This document shows positions 40,190 through 53,946 of a DNA stretch of 64,000 bases, one piece after another. The stretch comes from a bacterium (GTDB lineage: Bacteria; UBA8248; JACPRG01; G963555815), in contig OZ244653.1 of assembly GCA_965218795.1 (NCBI GenBank), positions 544,001 through 608,000 of the forward strand. The letters run 5' to 3'. Made by a program: the position numbers and the translations under genes. The first letter of the stretch is position 1. Each line of letters opens with the position of its first letter. The notes under the pieces are model-generated. The model saw nothing but the letters and a program-made list of their open reading frames with translations. It searched no databases and was not told the origin of the DNA.

Positions 40190-42505
40190 ATGGACCAACA
40201 CGGCAATCTGACCATTGTCGGGAGCGACCAGGCGAACGTTGATGGGTTTTTGAAGTCAACGGGCCAGGCGGTCTATGGGGCGGATTTCTCAATGCCGGGC
40301 ATGCTCGTGGGGAAATACTTGCGGAGCCAGCAACCCCACGCCAGGATTCTCAACATCGAGACAGCGCGTGCGGAGAAGCTGAGCGGTATCCGCGCCGTCG
40401 TGACGGGCAAGGACTTCCCCAAACGCTTCGGCCTCGTCCTGCGCGATCAAGTCTATTTGGCGGTCGATCGAGTCCGATACGCGGGCGAACCCGTGGTTGG
40501 CGTTGCGGCCGAGGACCTGGACACGGCAATGGAAGCCTTGGAATCAATCCAGGTCGAATACGAGCCTTTACCGGCATTGTTCGATCCGGAGGAATCCTTG
40601 AAAGAGGACGCCATCCTGATCCACCCCGACCTGGGCGAGTATGAATGCACGCCGAGCTTCCATCCCGTGCCCGAAACCAATATAGCGAACCACCTGAAAG
40701 TACGTACCGGGGATGTCGACGAAGGCTTCCGCCAGAGTGCCGTCGTCTATGAAGGGACCTACACAACGCCGGCCGTTCATCACGTTTACATGGAGCCCAA
40801 TGCTCATGTGGCCCAATTTACGAGCGACGGAAGACTCAACCTCTGGGCCGATACCCAGACGACTTATCTTTCGCGTCTGAAACTCTCCGAGTCCCTGGGG
40901 CTCCCCATGAGCAAAATACGGGTGATTGCCACCTATGTGGGAGGGGGCTTCGGCGGGAAGCACTTCCAAGGCCAACCGGAAACCGTAGCCTTGGCCATGA
41001 AAACCGGCGGGAGACCCGTGAAAGTTCAGTTTACGCGGGAGGAGGCCTTCCAGGCCACTTCGCTGCGCCATCCTTCCAAGGTGACCATTACGACCGGCGC
41101 AATGAAAGATGGGACCTTCGTAGCCCGCAAGAACCGGGTCATTATGGATACGGGGGCCTACTCCGAGCGCGGCGTGATGGTGACGAAGAACGCGGGATAC
41201 AGCTCGCCGGGTCCGTACCGCTTTCCCCACGTCTGGATCGATGCGTACTGCGTCTATACCAACAAGACCATCAGCGGGGCTTTCCGAGGATTCGGAATTC
41301 CCCAGGTCTGTTGGGCGCATGAGGTCCACCTGGAGGAACTGGCGGAAGAGCTGGGTATGGATTCCTACGACCTCAGGATGAAGAACGCCTTCGTCGATGG
41401 GGACGTGACCTGGACTGGCCAAGAGTTGAGCAGCGTGGGCGTCAAGCCCTGCCTCGAGGCGGTTTTCGAATCGATCGATTGGCCCAGGAAACGCGGCCAC
41501 AAAGGGAATATCCGGCGGGGGCGCGGCATAGCGGCCATGCAAAAGTCGACGGTGACGTTTTCCTCTGGCGCCACCCTCAAGATCAACGAAGATGGAACGG
41601 TGAATGTGCTTTCCGCGGCGGTCGATTGCGGACAGGGCTCCAACACCATGCTCGGCCAAATCGTTGCCGAGGAGTTGGGCGTCAAGCCGGAATCCGTGGT
41701 GATGGCCGCCTCGGACACGGATATCGGTCCATTTGATTGGGGGACCGCAGCGAGCCGGGTAACATTCATTCTGGGTCCGGCCATCCGGAACGCGGCTATC
41801 GACGCGCGCAATCAGCTCCTCGAGCGCGCGGCCGACCAGATGGAGGCGCGGCCGGAGGATCTCTTTGTGCGGGACGGGATGATCCGGTTCAAGAGTGATC
41901 CGGAAAAGAGGATGTCCATATCAGAAGTGTACATGGGCAATCACCGGCAGGGCGGGAAAGGCACCCCCATCATGGGCGTCGGGGCGCATGCCAACGAGAT
42001 GACGCCCCTGGATGAGCTCGGGCACGGGACGAAGCCGACTCCCTTCTGGATGCATGCGGCTCAGGCCGCCGAGGTGGAGGTGGATACCGACACGGGAGAC
42101 GTCACGGTCACCAAATTGGTGGGTGCTCACGACGTCGGCAAGGCCATCAATCCCATCAGTTGCGTGGCGCAGATTGAAGGCGCCTTGGCGACGGGGCTTG
42201 GATACGCCCTTTCCGAGGAGCTTCAATACGACGGTGGAGAATGCATCAATCCAAGCTTGGCCGATTACAAGATTCCCACGGCCTTGGACTGTCCTCCCTA
42301 CGAATCTATCGTCATCGAGGTGCCCCACGAAGATGGACCTTACGGTGCCAAGGGACTTGGTGAGCCGGGTCTTGCACCGACGGCAGCAGCCATCGCCAAC
42401 GCAATCCATGACGCCTGCGGGGTAAGGATTCGCAATCTCCCGCTCACTGCGGAAAAGGTGTATGCGGAGCTGCAACGGATGAAGGCGGAGGAGAAGGGCA
42501 TGTAG
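40190..42505 (+). CDS. Xanthine dehydrogenase-family molybdopterin-binding subunit
   Basis: GGGFGGK, GAFRGFG, GQGSNT..QIVAEEL, SLADYKIPT, GAKGLGEP. Confidence 0.95.
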   Translation: MDQHGNLTIVGSDQANVDGFLKSTGQAVYGADFSMPGMLVGKYLRSQQPHARILNIETARAEKLSGIRAVVTGKDFPKRFGLVLRDQVYLAVDRVRYAGEPVVGVAAEDLDTAMEALESIQVEYEPLPALFDPEESLKEDAILIHPDLGEYECTPSFHPVPETNIANHLKVRTGDVDEGFRQSAVVYEGTYTTPAVHHVYMEPNAHVAQFTSDGRLNLWADTQTTYLSRLKLSESLGLPMSKIRVIATYVGGGFGGKHFQGQPETVALAMKTGGRPVKVQFTREEAFQATSLRHPSKVTITTGAMKDGTFVARKNRVIMDTGAYSERGVMVTKNAGYSSPGPYRFPHVWIDAYCVYTNKTISGAFRGFGIPQVCWAHEVHLEELAEELGMDSYDLRMKNAFVDGDVTWTGQELSSVGVKPCLEAVFESIDWPRKRGHKGNIRRGRGIAAMQKSTVTFSSGATLKINEDGTVNVLSAAVDCGQGSNTMLGQIVAEELGVKPESVVMAASDTDIGPFDWGTAASRVTFILGPAIRNAAIDARNQLLERAADQMEARPEDLFVRDGMIRFKSDPEKRMSISEVYMGNHRQGGKGTPIMGVGAHANEMTPLDELGHGTKPTPFWMHAAQAAEVEVDTDTGDVTVTKLVGAHDVGKAINPISCVAQIEGALATGLGYALSEELQYDGGECINPSLADYKIPTALDCPPYESIVIEVPHEDGPYGAKGLGEPGLAPTAAAIANAIHDACGVRIRNLPLTAEKVYAELQRMKAEEKGM

Positions 42506-42606
42506 CAGTCCCGGGCCGACTCCGTTCTCTCTGGAGAGGGTCGGAGGCTTTCGCCTCCGCGGCTTCCCGGGCATGCGACCATCACGGAGCAATAGGAATC
42601 GTTGAA

Positions 42607-43074
42607 ATGACAAACTCAGGCGAGAAAGGCCCCAAACGGGGGGAAGAGAAGAGTATCGAAGAGGTTCAGCGCGAGGGCGGGGTCTTCAATATCGACGAGA
42701 GCCAGGCGGTGCATGAGCTCCCGAATGGTACGCTCCGCCTCCTTGTGTGGCCCGGGATGGGCGCGCGAATGCTGAGCACACATTCGGCCCGCCTCAAACC
42801 CGGACAGGCCTTCGAAGCGCATGCCCACGCTGTAGCCGAAGACGTCATCCTCGTATATCGTGGGAAGGGCAGGGTATTTCTCCATGATCGCTGGTATGAC
42901 GTCAAAGAGGGTGATCTGGTATACGCTCCGGCGGGCGTGAAGCACGGCTTCGCGAATCCGGCCGAGAACACCGAAGATATGATCACATTGGGTACCGGTT
43001 CGCCCCCGATGCTGGATCTCTACGAGAGCGCCGGGTATTTGAAGGACAACGTTTTTACATTCAAAGACGAATAG
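42607..43074 (+). CDS. Cupin domain protein
   Basis: HAH..E..G.G..GDLVYAPAGVKHGFAN. Confidence 0.88.
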   Translation: MTNSGEKGPKRGEEKSIEEVQREGGVFNIDESQAVHELPNGTLRLLVWPGMGARMLSTHSARLKPGQAFEAHAHAVAEDVILVYRGKGRVFLHDRWYDVKEGDLVYAPAGVKHGFANPAENTEDMITLGTGSPPMLDLYESAGYLKDNVFTFKDE

Positions 43075-43090
43075 TCGAGCGGACATTTCG

Positions 43091-43903
43091 ATGAAGGTCG
43101 GATTCTATCAATTTGCACCGGTTTTCGGGGATGTTGGCGGAAACCTGAAGACTGTCCGGGATGCGGTCTCCGGGATGGAGGCCGACCTGATCGTACTGCC
43201 TGAGCTGTTCAACACGGGATACCAGTTCGTGTCCGAGGGAGAAGCGCGCGAACTGGCCGAGCCGATTCCCGGCGGGGATACCTGCGGGGCCATGATGGAC
43301 CTGGCCGATGAGCGCGGATTGTACATTGTGGGTGGTCTGGCCGAATGCGAAGGCGGCAGAGTCTACAATTCATGTGCGCTCTTCGGTCCGGAAGGCTTTA
43401 TCGGGCGGTACCGCAAGCTTCACTTGTTCTACGAAGAGAAGCGGTGGTTTCAGCCGGGAGAAGAGCCGCCGCCCGTTTTCGATCTGGGAGACGTAAGCGT
43501 CGGCCTCATGATTTGCTTTGATTGGTTTTTCCCCGAAACGGCGCGCATGCTCGCGGTCCAGGGGGCGGACATCGTGTGTCATCCCGCCAATCTGATTTTC
43601 ACGCTATGTCATCAGGCGATGTTGACCCGGTGTCTCGAAAACCGGGTCTATGCCGTTACGTGCAATCGAACGGGTAGGGATGAGCGGAAGCAGGATGAGA
43701 CTTTGACATACACGGGCGGAAGCCAGATTGTCGATCCCCACGGGAAGTTGCTGATTCGGGCCGGAGAGGGCGAGCCGGAAGGACAGGTTCTCGAAGTTGA
43801 TCCGAAAGCCGCAAGAAACAAGGATTTTAATGAATTCAACAATATACTGAGCGACCGGCGCGTGGCGATTTACGAGTCGCTGAACCGTCCCATTGCCTCA
43901 TGA
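43091..43903 (+). CDS. Carbon-nitrogen hydrolase (nitrilase superfamily)
   Basis: LPELF, YRKLHL, ICFDWFFPE (E-K-C catalytic triad). Confidence 0.93.
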   Translation: MKVGFYQFAPVFGDVGGNLKTVRDAVSGMEADLIVLPELFNTGYQFVSEGEARELAEPIPGGDTCGAMMDLADERGLYIVGGLAECEGGRVYNSCALFGPEGFIGRYRKLHLFYEEKRWFQPGEEPPPVFDLGDVSVGLMICFDWFFPETARMLAVQGADIVCHPANLIFTLCHQAMLTRCLENRVYAVTCNRTGRDERKQDETLTYTGGSQIVDPHGKLLIRAGEGEPEGQVLEVDPKAARNKDFNEFNNILSDRRVAIYESLNRPIAS

Positions 43904-43919
43904 GGTATTGGAGGACACA

Positions 43920-45584
43920 ATGAAATTCAACTCCAGGACGATCAACGACTTCCGGAGACCGAATTGCGTCCTCCCCTTGATCGTCTCGCTGACCCTGATC
44001 GGTTTGTCAGGTCTGTCCGTATCTGGTGCTGGTGCAGCCGAAAAGGTCGCCCGGATCGTTTTCTCACCAAAAGAGGAACTGACCCTCGAACGATTGGACC
44101 CCATTCCGCTTGCCTGCCGTCGAGGTCCCTTTCAGCTTGAAATTCCCGTAACTCGCTTGGCCTCCGTAAGTGTCATCGACCGGACAGTTCTCGAGCTGCG
44201 ATTCCGGGGCGGAGGTTCCTGCAAGACGAAGGTTCCCAAGTCACCCGTCACCGGGGAGTGGTCGCATGGAGCCTTCAAGCAGGATTGGAAAGACCTCCGG
44301 CGGATTGAAATTCTCAAGCCGTCGAAGTCGGAGGATGGAAAGGGCCGCGGACCCTTGGCCGTCATCCGCGCCGGCAACCGGGTGACAATGAAAGGCGTCC
44401 GTCTCAGCGAAAACGAACCGCTGAAGGTCAGAAAGGGGGCGTTCCAGCTTCTCATCGCCTGGAATCGGATTCAGGACCTTGAACAGGCGGCCTCCGGAAA
44501 GGCGATGCAAATCCGGTTGATGGACGGAGTGGCCGCCGGAGGGAAACCCCCGAAGCTCGTGGAAGGTGAATGGCGGGGGGCGTCTTTGAAAGTTCCGGGC
44601 CGGCTGGTCCGAAGCATCGAGATCCAGGATGAAAAGAAGAAATCGGAAGCCATGGAGAAGAAGGGGCAGCGGGGGTCGCCTCCACCTGGTCAGCGATCAA
44701 GGACGAAGACTTGGGGCGTGGTGGCGGACGACGGCGGGGTCCGCTTTGACATCACCGGGCCGCCGGAGTTTGACGGGCCGTTCAACTTTTGGAACGAGAT
44801 TCGCCAAGTCCGGGATCGGTCCTACCTGCCCCTGGCGCAGGGGCCGTCCGTCAAGGACGGGAGGACGATTTTGATTCCGGCCGAAAGGGTTCGGGATGTC
44901 AAGAAAAGCAAGGAACGAAACGCCGTCCGTTATGAGGTGACGCTGCAATCGGGACACCGATATTCAGGCAGCGTCGCTTCCGGCAATCTCTATGCCGCAA
45001 CCCTCGCCGGAAGGATCGAAATCCCGATTTCCCGGATTAGCCTGTTCGCCCCTGTGAAAGCGTCCAAACGGCCGGTGCCCCCCGCAACCCTTCGGGCGGT
45101 GATCCATCCGCCTTCGGGCAATCCGATCCGGGTGAAGGACCCGTTGTTGTTTTACGAGCGGAAGCTTCGGCCCGATTGGAAGGAGTCGGGTCCGAGCTGG
45201 GCGGGGGGACATACAAAGCCGTTCCTTTTCGTCAAGCTGGGGAGCACCGTCCAGCGCGTCAGCTTCTCCAAGTTGAAACGGCTGGAAGTGCCGGCCGGTC
45301 CCGACGGTCGATTTATATTTGCAAACAGGGACGGCAGTCAACTCAGTTTAACGGTGGATTGGGACCGGCACCGCGAAGTGGAGGACCTGGCCGGGATCGA
45401 GCAGGTTCACCCTTCCGGAGAGGCCTATGAGCTCGGTCATATCGGGCTCGTGGGGCGGATCGCTCCGGGGATCCTTGTTCACATTCCCTGGAAACATATC
45501 CGGGCCGTCGATCTGGAGAAGGCGCCTGCCGGAGCTCCCGGCCCGAAGGCCCCCTCGCCAAGAGTTCGGTCGACCGACCCGTAG
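43920..45584 (+). CDS. Hypothetical secreted protein with repeated small beta domains
   Basis: Signal peptide; about 8 copies of an IPW/x..I..I-like motif. Confidence 0.65.
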   Translation: MKFNSRTINDFRRPNCVLPLIVSLTLIGLSGLSVSGAGAAEKVARIVFSPKEELTLERLDPIPLACRRGPFQLEIPVTRLASVSVIDRTVLELRFRGGGSCKTKVPKSPVTGEWSHGAFKQDWKDLRRIEILKPSKSEDGKGRGPLAVIRAGNRVTMKGVRLSENEPLKVRKGAFQLLIAWNRIQDLEQAASGKAMQIRLMDGVAAGGKPPKLVEGEWRGASLKVPGRLVRSIEIQDEKKKSEAMEKKGQRGSPPPGQRSRTKTWGVVADDGGVRFDITGPPEFDGPFNFWNEIRQVRDRSYLPLAQGPSVKDGRTILIPAERVRDVKKSKERNAVRYEVTLQSGHRYSGSVASGNLYAATLAGRIEIPISRISLFAPVKASKRPVPPATLRAVIHPPSGNPIRVKDPLLFYERKLRPDWKESGPSWAGGHTKPFLFVKLGSTVQRVSFSKLKRLEVPAGPDGRFIFANRDGSQLSLTVDWDRHREVEDLAGIEQVHPSGEAYELGHIGLVGRIAPGILVHIPWKHIRAVDLEKAPAGAPGPKAPSPRVRSTDP

Positions 45585-45630
45585 CGTCGACGCGGGCCGG
45601 ACGGGACATCGCCCCGCCGCTCTTCAACCC

Positions 45631-46644
45631 TCAGACCTTCGCGACGTCCAGGGTTGACTCTACGAACAACTCATCGACCGACAGCTTGCGCTCGGACAGG
45701 CCCTGCTCGAAGGAGTACCGGGTCAGGGCCTCGATGGTCGTGCGGTTGGGTTCGACGCCGTACGACCAGTAATCCTCGCCCAATACCTGCTTGCTGACTT
45801 CCAACTCATGGACCAGCCAGGGGAGCGTCGCCCCCAATGCCGCCGTCGACTCCAGGTTCTCAAGGGCGAGAGCCTTGGAACGGCACAAGGCTTCGTACAA
45901 GTTTTGGGCGACCCAAGGGTCATTCTCCAGGATCGATTCCTTGATAACGACCAGATGCATGATGGGATAGACGCCCGTGCGCTTGTAGTAGTCCATCTCC
46001 ACTTCTTTGTAATCGGGGAAGAGCCGGACCACGTTGGAGTCCGGCTGGTAAAACGCAGATGGCGCTCTGGCGGTGAACAAAGCATCGATATCACCGCTGT
46101 CCAGCATCTCGTTCAGCGTTTTGGGGGCCGGGGGGTTCTCGACTGTGATCGTAGGCGGAAGATGGAGATCGACTCTTTCCTTTCGGCCCCACTCTTCCAG
46201 TCCACCGGCGACCCAGGTCACGCCCGTTTGATCCACGCCGTATTCATGGTGAAAGATTCCTCTCAACCAGACAATGGCGGTCATGGCGTACTCGGGGACG
46301 CCGATTCGCTTGCCCGCCAGATCCTCCGGTTTTTCGATTCCCGCATTCTTGTTGATGAAAACGCAGGAGTGCCGAAAGAATTTGGAGGGGAATACCGGAA
46401 TGGCTCGGAAGGGCGGGTTCGGGCGAGACCGAAAGATGAGGTAAGCCGAAAAACTCATCTCACTGGCATCAAACTCCTGGAACTTGCTCTGGCGCCAAAA
46501 GATGTCTTCCACCGGAAGGCGAAGAAAGTTGAGATCAATGCCCCCGGGCACAATGGTCCCGTCTTCAAGGTAGCGTGTCCGATCATAATCGGCACAAGCG
46601 AAACTCATCTTTAAATTCGACACCATCGTTCTCCCATTTCCCAA
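45631..46644 (-). CDS. 4,5-dihydroxyphthalate decarboxylase-like periplasmic-binding-fold protein
   Basis: CADYDRT, FDASEMS, AIPVFPS..FRHS, GVPEYAMTA, YPIMH, YGVEPN. Confidence 0.85.
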   Translation of the reverse strand: MGNGRTMVSNLKMSFACADYDRTRYLEDGTIVPGGIDLNFLRLPVEDIFWRQSKFQEFDASEMSFSAYLIFRSRPNPPFRAIPVFPSKFFRHSCVFINKNAGIEKPEDLAGKRIGVPEYAMTAIVWLRGIFHHEYGVDQTGVTWVAGGLEEWGRKERVDLHLPPTITVENPPAPKTLNEMLDSGDIDALFTARAPSAFYQPDSNVVRLFPDYKEVEMDYYKRTGVYPIMHLVVIKESILENDPWVAQNLYEALCRSKALALENLESTAALGATLPWLVHELEVSKQVLGEDYWSYGVEPNRTTIEALTRYSFEQGLSERKLSVDELFVESTLDVAKV

Positions 46645-46718
46645 CCAGGGGTGATGAGCCGCGCGGTTCCGCGGCCCGCGAACCTGAATTACGTTCCTCT
46701 GGAATTCTCCTTATCCGA

Positions 46719-47516
46719 TCAGATATCCATCAAGGCTTTGCGCTGGGCCCCGTCCACCGTAATGGAGGCGCCGGTGATGTAACTGGCCCGTTCGGATGCA
46801 AGAAAGACGACGAGATTTCCAACCTCATCCGCTGTGCAGAAACGGCCCAGGGGGAGGCTCCTCAGGGCCAATGCAGATGCCTCCTCTCGCGTGCAGCCCC
46901 GGCCTTTGGCCATCGTGTCCACCAGACCCCACCAGCGTTCTGTGTCAACGGGCCCCGGATTCACGGCGTTGACGAGAATGTTGTCCTGAGCCAGGCTTTC
47001 CGCGATCGCCAGGGTGAAATTGATTCCGGCCGCATTTGCGGCGCCGGGGGTCAACTCGAAATGGATGGGTTTGACGCCGTCGTTTCCGATGACGTTGACA
47101 ATCCGCCCGTACTTGCGCTCGCGCATGTGAGGGACCACTGCGGTCGTGCACCGGACGTATCCCATGAATTTCAGATTCAGGCTCTCCATCCAGTCGGCTT
47201 CCACTATCTGATCAATGGTCCCGCCCGGGGAGCTTCCGGCGCAGTTCACCAGAATGTCCACATGACCGAAGTGCTCGACACATTGCTGGACGAAATGGCG
47301 GGCGTCGGCCTCCTTCGTGGTGTCGGCGGTCACCGAAAATGCCTTTTTCCCGGTTCTTGCCTCGATCGCCCGCCCGGCCTCGTCCATACCGGCCTGGTTC
47401 CGGGCGCACATGCCAATTTCGGCGCCTTCCTCGGCAAGGAGCGTGGCCGCGGATCTCCCGATACCCTTACTGCCTCCATTGATGATGGCCACTTTCCCCT
47501 GTAGTCCCAGGTCCAT
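46719..47516 (-). CDS. Short-chain dehydrogenase/reductase (lacks canonical YxxxK)
   Basis: NGGSKGIG, LVNCAG, VNPGPVDT; PGAANA occupies the YxxxK position. Confidence 0.9.
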   Translation of the reverse strand: MDLGLQGKVAIINGGSKGIGRSAATLLAEEGAEIGMCARNQAGMDEAGRAIEARTGKKAFSVTADTTKEADARHFVQQCVEHFGHVDILVNCAGSSPGGTIDQIVEADWMESLNLKFMGYVRCTTAVVPHMRERKYGRIVNVIGNDGVKPIHFELTPGAANAAGINFTLAIAESLAQDNILVNAVNPGPVDTERWWGLVDTMAKGRGCTREEASALALRSLPLGRFCTADEVGNLVVFLASERASYITGASITVDGAQRKALMDI

Positions 47517-48152
47517 TGGTTCCTTCCTTCCATTGAGGCGACGACCCGAAGGATCGAGACCTCCAGGCTCGCTGAATTCACCAAGCGTGAACCCAATGCG
47601 CCGTTCAGCCGGCGCAAAGAGATTCCCTATCGTTCAAATTCTGTGATTCTACCGATTTGGCGCGGGAGAAAAAAGGGCTGCGTAAACCCATACCGGACTT
47701 CAAAGCGCGGGAGGTGAAGGAAGTGTTCTGCAATTGCCTGGTACGGGCGGTCTGGTTCCTTCGGATTTACAGCAGCTTTCGGCAGCCGCCGACGGAGGCA
47801 GACCCACCCTTCGCCCTCAATTTTTTCGGATGCTCAGCGGAAGGCTTTTCTTCCTTCGTTCGTAAGTCTCGGGAGCGTCCTGAGCGGGAGGGAGAGCGCG
47901 GGTGGGTGTGTACGGCGGGTCGATAAATCCCGGCAGACTCCTTTTTGAGCTCTCTGCCGGCAGACATTTGCCTCCTTGGGCGCGCAAAAGTGCGAACGGT
48001 TCCGGTGCCAAGTGCGCCTGCCGGTGATTCGTTCTCGCAGCATGAGGAAGGAAGATAGAACGCTGCGTCATTCGCCCGCGCGCCCATGACATCGCACCTC
48101 ATGCGGGCCATCACGGCGGACCGGGCCTCAAGCGGGAAGGCGGCGTGTCGGA

Positions 48153-49271
48153 TTATCCCATCTTCAATGGAATGAACGCCGTGGAATCCGGCTTGTCCGC
48201 GGTTCCTTCTCCGATATTGATCGCGCTGATTTTCGCGGCTACGTTGCTGGCGATCTCCCGAAAAGACGCAGCCACCGGGCTTTCAGGATCTGAGTAAACA
48301 ATCGGACGGCCTTCATCCCCCCGTTCACGGATGCGGACGTCCAGCGGGATGGCGCCCAGATACGGGACTTCATACCGAGCGGCCATCCGTTCACCGCCGC
48401 CGTGGCCGAAAATCTCAGTCCGTTCGCCACAGTGGGGGCAGACGTAATAGCTCATGTTTTCAATAATACCCAGGATGGGCGTGTCGACCTTGTTGAACAT
48501 CTGGAGACCTTTTTTGGCATCCAACAATGCGATGTCCTGCGGGGTGGTGACAATGACCGCGCCGGTCAGCGGCACCTTTTGCGTCAGCGTGAGATGGGCG
48601 TCACCGGTTCCGGGCGGCATATCGACCACCAAGTAGTCCAATTCTCCCCAGTCGACATTCTGAACGAACTGGGTCACGGCCTGCATGACCATGGGCCCCC
48701 GCCAAATGATTGGCGTGTCATCGCGGTCGCCGAGCAGGAGACCCATCGACATCAGCTTGACGCCGTAATTCTGAAGCGGAAGGATGCGGTTTCCCTCGCC
48801 AACATTCGGCTGGCCGGAAATGTTCATCATGAGGGGGATGCTGGGCCCGAAAATGTCCGAGTCCATCAGGCCGACGGCGGCGCCATACTGAGCCAGAGCC
48901 ATTGCCAGATTGACGGCGACGGTGGACTTTCCCACGCCGCCTTTCCCGCTGGCAACGGCAAAGACGTTCTTGACGCCCGGGATGAGCTGCCGATCTGTCG
49001 TGGCCCGCCCCTGGGGGACGCGGAACGTCATCTCAACGGAAACCCGTTCGACTCCGGGAAGTTCCAGGATATGCTTCTCGACCTGGGCTTGCAGATCATC
49101 CTTGACCGGGCAGGCAGGGGTGGTCAACTCGATACTCAGCGAGACAGCCGGTCCGTCGACACTCAGGTTTTTTACGAACCCCAGCGAGACGATATCCCGG
49201 CTGAGATCCGGGTCGATGACACCGCGCAGGGCGTTGAGTACTTGCTCTTCCGTAACGGATGGATTGACCAT
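48153..49271 (-). CDS. apbC: Fe-S cluster carrier Mrp/ApbC
   Basis: LTTPACP, SGKGGVGKST, DMPPGTGD, CPHC. Confidence 0.96.
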   Translation of the reverse strand: MVNPSVTEEQVLNALRGVIDPDLSRDIVSLGFVKNLSVDGPAVSLSIELTTPACPVKDDLQAQVEKHILELPGVERVSVEMTFRVPQGRATTDRQLIPGVKNVFAVASGKGGVGKSTVAVNLAMALAQYGAAVGLMDSDIFGPSIPLMMNISGQPNVGEGNRILPLQNYGVKLMSMGLLLGDRDDTPIIWRGPMVMQAVTQFVQNVDWGELDYLVVDMPPGTGDAHLTLTQKVPLTGAVIVTTPQDIALLDAKKGLQMFNKVDTPILGIIENMSYYVCPHCGERTEIFGHGGGERMAARYEVPYLGAIPLDVRIRERGDEGRPIVYSDPESPVAASFREIASNVAAKISAINIGEGTADKPDSTAFIPLKMG

Positions 49272-49617
49272 GTCCCCCTTCCTCCAAGACCGGAGATGTG
49301 AGCGGCCTCAGACGGGCCGCTTCCACTTTATTCAATCGATGATTTCCGATGCAGTCCTTTCCTTGGGACCGAGGATACGAAGAGTGAATCTTCTTCAAAG
49401 TCTCTTGCATCCTGGATTCCGCCAGACGCTGGCCTGAACCCTCCGATGGATTCCTTCGGAACTCGATGAATCGAAACATCTGCCGCGCCCGATCCGGGTG
49501 CGGAAAATCGTATTCTATTGGAAGACCTTCACGCCTGGGTCGCAAAGGCCGAGCAGCGCCTCCGGAAAGCCTCGGTTGCAAGACGAGCTTGGCCTAGACC
49601 TCCTTAGCAACCGACGC

Positions 49618-52085
<2,468 letters not shown>

Positions 52086-52146
52086 GTCGATACGTTTCCT
52101 TTCTGTTTTGTTTTGGGAACCGGGTTCAGGCGCAGCGGCCTTGCGG

Positions 52147-53946
52147 TCAACCCGCCTGACCCATCATGACAGACACCCCGCGGGCCGGCGGGATGGATTC
52201 TTCAATTCTGATGTGTTTGGCGGCCCAAGCCCGGACCGCCTCGGTGGAGGGTAAAGACATCACTTCGTCGGCCCAAGCCTTCGCCTTCGCCAATGAGATG
52301 CTTCTCAATGCCTCTTTGATTCTTGGAATCCTCTGGGGGCTCATACTCAACTCGCGTACCCCCATCCCCGCCAACAGCACCGCTGAGGTCGAGTCGCCTG
52401 CCATCTCCCCGCACACGGCTACCATGATTCCGGATTCGTCCGCGGATTGAACGACCCGCCGGATCAACCTCAGGACCGCCGGGTGGAGAGCGTCGTAGAT
52501 ATACGAGATCCTTTCATTACCCCGGTCGGCGGCCAATGTGTATTGGGTCAGGTCATTGGTCCCAATGGTGAAAAAGGAAACCTCTTTTGCCAGGACATCA
52601 GACATCAACGCCGCTGCTGGAGTCTCAACCAATATCCCGACGGGGGGCAGATTCCCAATCGCGAGCCCCTCACTTTGCAGATCCCGGGCACAGGCCCGGA
52701 GGAGGTCGTTGGCATGTCGGACTTCTTCCAGGCCGGAGACAAACGGATGAAGGATGTGCACGCGCCCTTGCAACGAGGCCCGCAAAAGGGAGCGAAGTTG
52801 AGGGCGGAGCACGTCTTCGCGCGCCAGCGAGAGCCGGATCGCGCGCAACCCGAGCGCCGGATTCGCCTCGATTGCGGGGGTGAGCGTGTCTGCCGCAACG
52901 TCTCCGCCCAAATCAAAGGTCCGGAACACCGCGGGCTGTGGCGCTACTCCCTCGATAATCTGACGATACACTTCAAGGTGCTCCTCCTCGGTCGGCAGAT
53001 CCGCGCGGTTCAAGTAAAGGCATTCGGTCCGGTAGAGGCCGACGCCGGTCGCCCCGTTCGCGCGGATGGCTTCCAGTTCTGTCGGAGAGCTGATGTTCGC
53101 GCGAAGGACCATCCGACTCCCATCCGTGGTTTCGCACGGCAGATCCCTGAAGTACAGCAATGCTTGCTGCCGATCTTCATGCGAATTCTTGAGCGCGTTG
53201 AAATTTCGCAGCGTTTCCCGGCCGGGATGGATATGGAGGGCGCCTGTCCCTCCCTCCATCGCCACTGAATCTCCCTGCCGAATGCTCGAGGTTGCCCCAT
53301 CCACCCCCATGATGGCCGGGATTCCCAGGGTACCCGCGATGATTGCGGCGTGAGAGGTTCTTCCTCCCAATTCCAGGACGAGACCCCTCAGGCGTTTTCG
53401 GTCCATTCCCAGAAGGTCCGCCACGGCCAAGTCGCGGGCCACCAGAATGTCTGGAGGGCCCAAATAGGCTGAAAGCTGCGGATTCACGCCCATGAGTCTG
53501 CGCAGGACATGCTGAATCACCTGGCGAACGTCGCCGCGTCGCTCCCGGATGTATTCGTTGGTCAATTCCGTGAACCTGGCTTCATACCCCTCAAGGGTAT
53601 TCTCCAGTGCCCATTCCGCATTCCAGTAATTCGTTCGAATACATTCGAGAGCCTCTCCGATGAAGATCTCGTCGGACAGGATCATCAGGTGGGCATCCAG
53701 GATGTAGAGAGGCTCTTCTCCGAGTTCGCCGGCTAGGCCTTCTCGCATCCCCTTGATTTCCGCCTCCGTTTCCTTGAAGGCTTCTTGGAGGCGATTGACT
53801 TCCCCGGCTGCTTGTTTCGGGGAGATCAGATATCGTGGGTTTCGACGATCCGCCGATTCCAGCACGAAAGCCTCCCCCCACGCGACCCCCGGAGAGACGC
53901 CGATTCCTCGCAATACAAGTTCTTCAGGCATTCGCGTTTCCGTCAT
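52147..53946 (-). CDS. ptsI: PTS enzyme I
   Basis: [40 protein letters not shown]. Confidence 0.96.
   Translation of the reverse strand: MTETRMPEELVLRGIGVSPGVAWGEAFVLESADRRNPRYLISPKQAAGEVNRLQEAFKETEAEIKGMREGLAGELGEEPLYILDAHLMILSDEIFIGEALECIRTNYWNAEWALENTLEGYEARFTELTNEYIRERRGDVRQVIQHVLRRLMGVNPQLSAYLGPPDILVARDLAVADLLGMDRKRLRGLVLELGGRTSHAAIIAGTLGIPAIMGVDGATSSIRQGDSVAMEGGTGALHIHPGRETLRNFNALKNSHEDRQQALLYFRDLPCETTDGSRMVLRANISSPTELEAIRANGATGVGLYRTECLYLNRADLPTEEEHLEVYRQIIEGVAPQPAVFRTFDLGGDVAADTLTPAIEANPALGLRAIRLSLAREDVLRPQLRSLLRASLQGRVHILHPFVSGLEEVRHANDLLRACARDLQSEGLAIGNLPPVGILVETPAAALMSDVLAKEVSFFTIGTNDLTQYTLAADRGNERISYIYDALHPAVLRLIRRVVQSADESGIMVAVCGEMAGDSTSAVLLAGMGVRELSMSPQRIPRIKEALRSISLAKAKAWADEVMSLPSTEAVRAWAAKHIRIEESIPPARGVSVMMGQAG

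Noticed and set aside
47650-47980. Strong RBS (AAGGAGG) with ATG at 47967 on the minus strand
   Set aside because: The product is not recognisable; it may be a decayed gene but cannot be supported.
49280-49610. RBS-like AAGGAGG and an ORF between ahcY and apbC
   Set aside because: No start codon at proper spacing and no recognisable motif.
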